From the NCBI GenBank assembly GCA_036785375.1, contig JAWMAR010000032.1, forward strand, positions 6,448,001 to 6,512,000: a stretch of 64,000 bases of DNA. The letters run 5' to 3'. The position numbers and the translations under genes were made by a program. The DNA comes from Leucoraja ocellata (taxonomy: Eukaryota). Position 1 is the first letter of the stretch; every line of letters starts with the position of its first letter. Below the pieces are notes generated by a model. It searched no databases. It saw only the letters and a program-made list of their open reading frames with translations, and was not told the origin of the DNA. Shown piece after piece: positions 24,875 to 34,045 of this stretch.

Positions 24875-25355
24875 TTAGTTAGTTTTGTTTATTGTCACAT
24901 GTACTGAGGTACAGTGAAAAGCTTTTATTGCATGCTATCCAGTCAGCAGAAAGACAATACATGATTACAATCGAGCCAGTGTATGAATACACTATAAGGG
25001 AATAACATTTAGTGCAAGGTAAAGCCAGCAAAATCCGATCAAGGATAGTCCGAGGGTCACCAAAGAGGCAGATAGTAGTTGTGCCTGGTTGTGGTAAGAT
25101 GATTAAGTTGCTGATAACAGCTGGGAAGAAACTGCCCCTAGATCTGGAGGTGTGAGTTTTCACACTTCTAAACTTTTTGCCTAATGCAAGAGGGGGTAAG
25201 AGGGAGTGCCAAGGTGCAACCCATCCTTGATCATGTTGCTGGCCTTGCCGGGGTAGAGTGAGGTATAAATGGAGTCAATAGAATGGAGGTTGGTTTGTGT
25301 GATGGTCTGGGCTGCTTCCACAATTTGCTGCAATTTCTTGCGGTCTTGGATGTAA
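24875..25355 (-). mobile_element. Degraded Rex1-type 3' fragment
   Basis: THTSRSRGSFFPAVI and a ...GTGACAATAAACAAAAACTAAC tail on the minus strand. Confidence 0.7.
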
Positions 25356-26544
25356 TAACCTCAAATTTGTTACGACAGCAATTTTTCCAACCATTTTAAC
25401 TTCACTTCCCATTTCCACACTGACCTTTCTTTCCTGGGTCTCCTCCACTGCCAGAGTGAGGCCATTTGCAAATTGGAGGAACAGTACTTCATATTTCGCT
25501 TGTAGACAAAAATGCTGGAGAAACTCAGCGGGTGAGGCAGCTTCTATGGAACGAAGGGTTAGGCGACATTTCGGGTCGAGACCCTTCTTCATATTTTGCT
25601 TGTGAAGTTTACAATCTAGCGGTATGAACATTGATTTCTCTAATTTTAAATAACCCCTGCAATCCTGCTCTCCCCCCCCCTCCCCCACCCAGTTATCCTA
25701 CTAGTTGCACTGTTCGCACCTTTGCATCCCTTCATTATCGCCTCTTCCCCAGCCAACAATGGGCCATTGTGGGCTCTACCCTTCCTTGGTCATTTGTTGC
25801 CGGCTCTGATTTGTTCTGGCCTTTTCCTACCTCCAGTTCCCTCCCCTCTACTTTCAGTCTGAAGAAGGGTTCCGACCTGAAACGCCACCCGTCCTTTTTT
25901 TTGCAGAGATGCTGCGTAACCTACTGAGTTTGTGTCTATCTTCAATGAAAACCTCAAGCTGGATTCTTGTGTTTTATTATCTTTTGGTGGTGGATTTGTG
26001 TCAATTTTTCTGGAAAGTTGAATCTGCTCCAGTGAGCAGTCGAATTGATACGGAATGATGCTGGCATTGCATAATACACATCCAAGGTATTAGATCTGAC
26101 AGAGTACAGATCTACTGATTATTTCAGTGGAAGCTTTTGGAGAAATGGTTTTGACTTAATAATTTGGTGCTAAATAATAAATAGTTTTAATTTGATAATT
26201 AATTTGTCTTAATATTCCCGAAGGACCCTTGTGCAATCTTGTCTACTGAGCTATGTAAAATCTAGGTACTGAACAACATATGCTTTGCCACAACCTCAAT
26301 AAATATGAACAGAAAAATAGATAGTTCAAGGTAAAATCAGTCCAAACCTGGGTGTTGCTGGATTGGAAGCTCTCGGTATAGATCTGACAGTCCAAGCCTT
26401 GGATGCCAAAGCACACTATTATTCAAAATCCGCAATTAACTTACAGTCATACAACTTGTCCATGCTGACCAAGATGCCACATCTACACTATTCCTACCTG
26501 TCTGCATTTGGTCCATCTATCTATCTATTCTAGCTATCTTCTTT

Positions 26545-26763
26545 NNNNNNNNNNNNNNNNNNNNNNNNNNNNNNNNNNNNNNNNNNNNNNNNNNNNNNNN
26601 NNNNNNNNNNNNNNNNNNNNNNNNNNNNNNNNNNNNNNNNNNNNNNNNNNNNNNNNNNNNNNNNNNNNNNNNNNNNNNNNNNNNNNNNNNNNNNNNNNNN
26701 NNNNNNNNNNNNNNNNNNNNNNNNNNNNNNNNNNNNNNNNNNNNNNNNNNNNNNNNNNNNNNN
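26545..26763. other. Assembly gap (219 N)
   Basis: Run of n. Confidence 0.99.
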
Positions 26764-27428
26764 AACTAAAACTCTGATCTCGTGCTCTTGCGGTTTGCGC
26801 GTTTTTTCTATTTGCGCATAAACGGTATGGGATAGCGCTACGATTTTTCGTCAGCTCACTCGCTGTTCTCCTGTGCTGCGAGTGCAACATGTTACGTTCA
26901 GATCGGTAGCATATTGTAAAAGTTAGTGAGGTATAAAAATCGTAAAAAACGCGCGTGCGCAGAACGATCTCCTCTCCTGCCAATCAGCGTCATGCAATTG
27001 GTCTCTTCTCCTATCACTCCCTGGGATTGTCTGCCCCTTCCTGCGCCATCGCGTCTTTACTGGAGCTGAGGGATGCTGCGGGTGGCCGGCGGAAGTCTCC
27101 AAATGGACACAATGTTTGAAGGGACCGGAAGCGGCCCGAACGGAGCGGAGTCGGAGATGTCGCCAAAAGGAAATCGGAGAGTCTGATCCCGGTGGAGGAG
27201 AGCGTCCAGCGCCTGCTGTGAGTCCCAAACGCACCGCCACCGCAACGCCCCGCAGCTCCAGCACCTTCCTCTCTGGTCCCTCTTGCTGGCTCCTGCCCCC
27301 CTCCCCCATGATACCCCCCTCTACCCCATGGCTCTTCCCCCGTCTTATCTCCGAGCTCGCCTGTGCAGTTGGATGCGATGGGTGAGTGGTGGAATATTGC
27401 ATTGGGGGACCAAGCATCCTGTGTGACA
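26764..27428 (+). mobile_element. Non-autonomous Helitron, 5' end at the gap, 3' terminus missing
   Basis: Starts ACTAAAACTCTGATCT like the family 5' end. Its GGTGGAATATTGCATTGGGGGACCA is the reverse complement of 39739-39763. Confidence 0.7.
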
Positions 27429-27578
27429 GTTCATCTTGTATCCCTCTAATCCTTCCCTATGCACGTTTCTGTCCAAATGTCTTTTAAATGTTGTTATAGT
27501 AACTGCCTCAACTACTTCCACTGGCAACTCATTCCAGTTGCCCCTCAGTTTCCTATTAAATCTTTCGCCTTTTACCAT

Positions 27579-28024
27579 AAGACTGGATAGACTTGGTTTA
27601 TACTCTCTAGAATTTAGGAGATTGAGAGGGGATCTTATAGAAACTTACAAAATTCTTAAGGGGTTGGACAGGCTAGATGCAGGAAGATTGTTCCCGATGT
27701 TAGGGAAGTCCAGGACAAGTGGTCACAGCTTAAGGATAAGGGGGAAATCCTTTAAAACCGAGATGAGAAGAACTTTTTTCACACAGAGAGTGGTGAATCT
27801 CTGGAACTCTCTGCCACAGAGGGTAGTTGAGGCCAGTTCATTGGCTATATTTAAGAGGGAGTTAGATGTGGCCCTTGTGGCGAAGGGGATCAGGGGGTAT
27901 GGAGAGAAGGCAGGTACGGGATACTGAGTTGGATGATCAGCCATGATCATATTGAATGCCGGTGCAGGCTCGAAGGGCCGAATGGCCTACTCCTGCACCT
28001 AATTTCTATGTTTCTATGTTTCTA
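27579..28024 (+). mobile_element. Young CR1 3' fragment
   Basis: RLDRLGLYSLEFRRLRGDLIETYKILKG...GEKAGTGY*, tail (TTCTATGT)n. Near-identical to 57840-58270, 21240-21490 and 3805-4040 (-). Confidence 0.9.
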
Positions 28025-28796
28025 CCATAAATCTAATTCTGTATTCAGTTAATTAGCTCTCCTTGGATCCCATGTGATCTAATCCTCTAGAGCAGCCGAC
28101 AATGCACAACCTTATAAAAAGGCTTGCTGAAGTCCATGTAGACTGTCCATGGCCCTGCCCTCATCAACCTTCTTGGTTACTTCTTCAAAAAACTCAATCA
28201 AATTGCTGAAAAACAACCACTCACTTACAAAACCATAGTGACTATCCCTAATCAACCCATCTTTCCAAATGCATGTATATCTCATCGCTCAGAATCCTCT
28301 CCTATTACATATGTTAGGCCAACTGGTCTATAGTTTTCAGGTTTTTCTTTGCTCTATTTTGGAAGGGCAGCACAACACAAGCCACACTCAGGTTTTCTGG
28401 TACCTTTTGCCAGTATTCTAATGATCTGTTATGTCTTGGCCAGGACTCATGCAATGTCTTCTCTATCTTTCCACTGTGTCTTGGATGTATCTGATCAAGC
28501 ACAGAAGATTTGTCTCTCTTTATACATCATAGGACGTCCAGCACCTCCTTGGCTGTAAACAGACTCAAGTCTGAAGAAGCATTATTGGTCACTGTGCTTT
28601 GAAACCTCCAGATAACACAATCAATAAAATTACACTATTAGACTGTGTGTTACATTATCAACCTCACATACACAATTTGCACACGTGTGATGAAAGGTTA
28701 TCAACCTAGAATATGAAATCTGTTTCACTGTCCATAGATGCCATTTATCCAGCTGAACATTTATTAGGGTTAATTAGGGTTAACACAGTACTGTAT

Positions 28797-29455
28797 TTGG
28801 TTTAGTTTAGTATATTATTCACATGTACCGAGGTGCAGTGAAAGGGTCAAAGAAAAGGCTATACATGAATACAATCAAGCCAAAGGTATCCAATGGGAAG
28901 TTGAACTGCACTTTAGCCGATGAGAGGATCATTCAGTTAGCCAATAACAGCTGGGAAAAAAACCTGTTTCTGAATCTGGAGGTATACGTTTTCAAACTTC
29001 TGTACCTTCTGCCTGATGAGAGGGAAGGGGGAGCGACCAGGGTGAGACTGGGCCTTGCCCAGACAGCATGATCTCCAAGTATAGATGGAGCCAATGGAAG
29101 GGAGGCTGGTTTAGGTGATGATCTTGACTATGTCCACAACTCTGTGCACTTTCTTGCAGTCTTGAATGGAGCTGCCAAACAATAACATGCTTTTTAGAGG
29201 GCATCTGTAGAAGTTGGTGAGAGTTGTGGGGGACATGCCAAGCCTCCCAAACCTTCTAAGGAAGTGGAGGTGTTGATTTCCTTTCTTGGCCATAGTTTTG
29301 ATGTGGCAGATCCAGGAAAAAATTGCTGGTGATATTTATTCCAAGGAACTTGAAGCTTTCGACCATCTTTACTTCAGCCCCATCAGCGCAGAATGGGATG
29401 TGTGTACTACTTCACTTTCTGAAGTAAATCACTATCTCCTTTGTCTTGCTGACAA
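28797..29455 (-). mobile_element. Degraded Rex1-type 3' fragment
   Basis: KGNQHLHFLRRFGRLGMSPTTLTNFYRC on the minus strand. Confidence 0.7.
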
Positions 29456-30099
29456 AGGGTAGAGCTCAGCCTCACAGCGCCACAGACCCAGTTTGATCCT
29501 GACCTCGGATCTGTCAGTGTGGAGTTTGCATGTTCTCCTGTGACTTGTCATGTTCTCCGGTAATTTTACTCTAGCCGCTCCGGTTTCCTCCTACATGCCC
29601 ATGCGGTTCGGTAGGTTAATTGGCCTCTATAAAATTGCCCCTAAAGTATAGTGTGTGGATGAAAAAGTGGAATAACATTGAGCTATTGTGAACAGGTGAT
29701 TGATGCTCAGTGGGCATCGGAGCCTGTTTCCATCCAGTATCTTTAAACTAAATTAAAATAAGTAATACATTGTTGTAAACAGTGGTCTACGTTGGAAATT
29801 CACAATCTTTTAATTTGTAAATCTTTAATGAAAAAGTTGCTTGGTCATTCTAACTCCTCTTTTTAAATCCGTCAGGTTTAATCATTCAGCCGTAGTTTTT
29901 AATTTGTGATAATTTGCAAATCTCGTGGGCAGTGTGTGGACTTTATAACACAGCTGACAGAAAAACAAGGCCCTTCACGAAATCTACGGAAGGGCCTTGT
30001 TCTATCCTACACCTTTAAAAATGTTATTAATTTATTATTGTCACATGTATCAAGTTACAGTGAAAATTTGTTTATGTGCTATCCAGTCAAATCGTACTA

Positions 30100-31205
30100 T
30101 AGATGCAAGGAACTACAGGTGCTGTTTTAATGCAAATAAAGTGTTGGAGTGACAGGCAGCATCTCTAGAGAACAAGGAGGGGTGATGTTTCAGGTCAGAA
30201 CCCTTCCTCATACTGATGGGGAGGGGGGGAAGAGAGCTGGAAGAGAGGACGGGCAGGATAGGTGGATACAGGTGAGGGATTTTTTTGATGGTTGGATAAA
30301 GGCCAGAGATAAATGAAAAGATGTGAGATAAGGGTAGAAGAGGAACAAACTGTGAAGCCAGATGGGATGTCGTTGAAAGGGGAGAAATGGGTACAAATCC
30401 AGGTGAGGCACAGAGAAATGAGGGTGGGGGAGAGGAAGTTTAGTTATCTAAAACTAGAGAATTGAATGTTCATATCATTAGGTTGTAAGCTACCCAAGCT
30501 GAATATGAGGTGTTGTTCCTCCAGTTTGCATTTGCCTCACTCTGGAGTGGGAGGCAAGTTAAATGGGTGGGAAAGGATGAGGGCACTAAAGAATCAAATC
30601 ATGCTATAGACGAGCACAATCAAGACATAACACAAGTACAACTGGTAACACACAAAAATGTGGGACCAGCATTACAGTTACAGAGAAAGTGCAGTTTAAA
30701 AAGTGCAAGGTCTGTGGAATTCTCTGCCTCAGGGGGCGGTGGAGGCAGGTTCTCTGGATACTTACAAGAGAGAGCAAGATAGGGCTCTTAAAAATAGCAG
30801 TCAAGGGATATGGGGAGAAGGCAGGAACGGGGTACTGATTGGGGATGATCAGTCATGATCACATTGAATGGTGGTGCTGGCTCGAAGGGCTGAATGGCTT
30901 ACTCCTGCACCTATTGTCTATAAATGGTTAGCAACTGGCATATCCAGCAGGCCCAAGTGACCAAGTATTCAGCACCAAGTAAACAGTCGCTGAGTCTACA
31001 CTGTCTCACTGATATATGGATTGCCACACCAGGAAAAAAGGGTGCAGTAGATAAGGTTAGAGGTGTAGGTGAACCTCTGTCTCACCTGGAAGTACTGTCA
31101 GGATAAATGCGAGGGAGGAGGTATAGGGAAAGGTGTTGCATCTCCTGCGTTTGCAGGGGAAAGTATCTGGGGAGGGGATGGTTGGGTGGGAAAGGATGAG
31201 GGCAC
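30100..31205 (-). mobile_element. Degraded Penelope-like element split by a CR1 tail (30711-30920)
   Basis: Similar to 47477-48146 on both sides of the CR1 piece. Confidence 0.7.
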
Positions 31206-31811
31206 TAAAGAATCAAACCATGCAAATCAAGTACAATCAAGACATAACACAAGTACAACTGGTAACACAAAAATAATGTCAGCATGCAAAATATAGTGTT
31301 ACAGCACTTGTTACAGAGAAAGTGCAGTTTAAAAAGTGCAAGGTCTGCAATGAGGTAGGTTGGGAGCAAGACTCCATCCTGAGTTTGAAAGGTCCATTCA
31401 ACAGTCTGATAATAGTGGGGAGGAAGCTATTTTTGAGTCTGATGGTATGTACACGTTGGATCCTTTATATGAAAAACCAGCACCTCTTCCCCACACTGTG
31501 ACCTCCCCAGTACAGCAGCTCAGCAAAACACAAAGTGCGGGGGGAACTAAGCGGGTCAGGCAGCATCTGAGTTGGGGGCTTGGACTAGCGACGTTTCGGG
31601 GTCGAGACCCTGTTTATTTTGTTTTAACTACAGCTGCTCAGGGGACGGGGCAGGCTCAATTTCACCTCAGAATGTTATTAGCATAAAAACTAAAACATGT
31701 TTAAAAGGGTATGGAAAGAGAGCTTTTGTTTACAGACGGCAAAGGCATGCAGCGTCCTGTATCCTCCCCAGCCCCCGGGGATTGGGGGCCCGGCCGGCCG
31801 ACCGGCAACAA

Positions 31812-31821
31812 CGCCATCTTG
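31812..31821. promoter_or_regulatory. YY1 consensus site
   Basis: CGCCATCTTG (CAAGATGGCG on -) inside the CpG island, about 20 bp from the ARE. Motif match only. Confidence 0.5.
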
Positions 31822-31842
31822 GACTGCGGCCGCCACACAAAG

Positions 31843-31853
31843 TGCTGAGTCAC
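31843..31853 (-). promoter_or_regulatory. Antioxidant response element (NRF2/small MAF) with embedded AP-1 site
   Basis: TGCTGAGTCAC on + reads GTGACTCAGCA on -, a perfect RTGACnnnGC ARE about 1.2 kb upstream of the ATG. GCLC is an established NRF2 target in mammals. Confidence 0.75.
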
Positions 31854-31893
31854 CCCCCCCCCCCCCAACCGGGCCGAGGCTGCCGAGCCGAGC

Positions 31894-32205
31894 GGGAGGT
31901 CACATGGAGGGGGCGCTGAGCGGGAGCAAAGGGAGGGGCAAAGATACTAGAGGAGGGTAATGGGAGGTCACGTGGCGGTGCCGAGTGGGGGGGCGAGCAG
32001 TGGGAGGAGGGTAGGTCACGTGGCAGGGGCGTGGTGGTGGTGCGAGCGGGCGGGCAGAGGGAGGAGGGAAGATCACGTGGCGGGGGCGTGGCGGTGTGGG
32101 CAGTGGGAGAGGGTAGATCATGTGGCGGGCAGTGGGAGGAGGGTAGATCACGTGGCGGGGGCGAGGCGGTGCGCGCAGTGGGAGGTCACGTGGGGGGAGG
32201 GGCGT
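31894..32205 (+). promoter_or_regulatory. Degenerate tandem array of 7 E-boxes with GC boxes
   Basis: CACATG 31901, CACGTG 31969, 32017, 32074, CATGTG 32119, CACGTG 32149, 32187. Each sits in an AG(G/A)T-CANNTG-G context, and most are followed by GGGGCG. Confidence 0.7.
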
Positions 32206-33026
32206 CGCGCAATGCTCTGGCTGGGCGGGCGGTGAGGGAGTATCTTTATCGGATGCTGCCCATCACCTCCCTATAGCGTGCGCGCCGGTTCCCTTCCCCC
32301 CGTACTGTGTGCTGATCGTCACCGCCGCTCCCCCCTCACTCACTCACTCACTGTGTGCTCGACGTCACCGCCGCCGCTCCTCCCCCCCCCCCCACTGTGT
32401 GCGCGCTGGTCCCCGCTCCTCTTCCACTCACTCACTCACTCACTGTGTGCTCGTCGTCGCCGGGCGGCTGAAGCCTCTCCACCCGCGCTCGCTACCTCTA
32501 CCGCGACCGGCGACTGACTGACTGCCTGCCTGCCTGCCTGACCGCCTGTGAGGGAGACACCAAGTCAAACTACCTCTCTCTCTCCCTCTCTCTCCGAGGC
32601 GGGCTCGACGCGCATTAACGGTGTAATGAATGATGCGTGTTACCGGCGCTGGGGACGGAGGGGAGGGGGAGATGCGAGTTAACGGTGCAGAGATCCACGT
32701 TAACGGCACGATGCCGGTTATCGCCGGCCCCCGGGGGATGGTTTACCGGGGGGTGATGAGTGTTAACGTCCATCGGGGAGGGGAGGGGAGATCCGTGTTC
32801 ACGGCGACCGGGAGGTTAAGATGCATCTTAACGGTGTAGAGACCCGCGGTAACGACGCGTGGAGACCGGGCGGGCGGGCGGTGCGGGCTGGTGCACGTTA
32901 ACGGCGACCGGGCGGCTGATGCGGGTTGACGGGGGTTTCCGCACGCATGAGCTCAGCTTCAATTTCACCTTCTGCATCCATCCCTTCCTCCCTCCTTCCC
33001 TCCACTCGGCGCCGCAGTCGGGGGCC

Positions 33027-33176
33027 ATGGGTTTCCTGGCGGAGGGATCGCCGCTGAACTGGGAAGAGACCAAGAGGTACGCGGATCACGTCCGCAAACA
33101 CGGCATCATCCAGTTCCTCAACATCTACCACAAGGTGAAGGACCGGCAGAAGGACGTGCTGAAATGGGGAGACGAG
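33027..33176 (+). CDS. GCLC: GCLC coding exon 1 (aa 1-50)
   Basis: Strong Kozak gccATGg at 33027. Translates MGFLAEGSPLNWEETKRYADHVRKHGIIQFLNIYHKVKDRQKDVLKWGDE, the recognisable N-terminus of eukaryotic gamma-glutamylcysteine ligase. 150 nt, donor GTGAGT at 33177, phase 0. Confidence 0.97.
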
Positions 33177-33838
33177 GTGAGTGAGCTGAGTGTGCCTCGA
33201 ATCGGGAGGAGAGATGGGATGGGGGTGGGAATGGCTGGAAAACACACACACAGGAACCTCTGCTCCCATCCCCATTCACCAGCCGGGCACCCGAAACAAA
33301 AGGACCGACTGAACCCCATCTTAAACCTTTGATGCTCCCCCCGCTGCCACTGTTTACCTAGTCCGAGTGGCTTCCACGTGTTTCTTGTGTTTTTATTTAA
33401 GTTTGTAATGTTTTTGTTTTGCTTTTGATAGTCGCTTCAGCTGGACCTTCATCAGAAGCGTTGTGTCAGAAATTGTGTGGTTTCCTCTCCCTGCCTTGAA
33501 AAGGCTTTTAGCGAGTTGATAGATGAAATGGCGACTGATGAGATAAATTCCAGATGTACAGTCCCGTTTGGGGGGCAATACATTATGACAGTTCACATCT
33601 GCTGTCCTGAAGCTGTCCTGTCCTGAAGCTCCTTTGTTTTGATTCTGACTAATCGAGTTGAGTTCTGGTGTAATGGTTGAAGAATGATGGTGGTTGGCCA
33701 AAGTAAATATATCAAGGCCACAATTAACAGTTCTCTAGGAATGCGATGCACAGATAGCAGTGTGCATTTTGTGAGTCTGGGGAAATAATACATTTAGTGC
33801 CCACTGCAAACAGTCAGTAGGAGAAAAATATACATTCA

Positions 33839-34045
33839 CAGTGCCCTCCATAATGTTTGGGACAAAGACTCATAATTTATTTATTCGCCTTTTTATACCA
33901 AAATGTATAAAAATGGCCTTTATTAAAATTTGACAGTGCACTTTAACCACGTGTGATTTTTTTCTATTACAAATCTCAAATTGCGGACTACAGGGGCAAA
34001 TAAATAAATGATGGGTCTTTGTGCCATGCATTATGGAGGTCACTG
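33839..34045. mobile_element. Tc1/mariner-type MITE in GCLC intron 1
   Basis: Long imperfect TIR: CAGTGCCCTCCATAATGTTTGGGACAAAGAC...ATTTATTTATT versus AATAAATAAATGATGGGTCTTTGTGCCATGCATTATGGAGGTCACTG. Flanks are CA and TA (TA target, one side mutated). Confidence 0.8.

Larger units (their letters stand above)
31740..33350 (+). promoter_or_regulatory. CpG island / GCLC promoter and 5' region
   Basis: Sharp rise in GC and CpG density against AT-rich, CpG-poor flanks. Spans the first coding exon and contains many GC boxes. Boundaries are approximate. Confidence 0.88.

Noticed and set aside
26508-26983. ORFs containing long X runs
   Set aside because: Artefacts of the N gap.
32859-33332. 157-aa ORF taken as a complete protein
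   Set aside because: Only 33027-33176 is GCLC; the rest is upstream sequence and read-through into intron 1.
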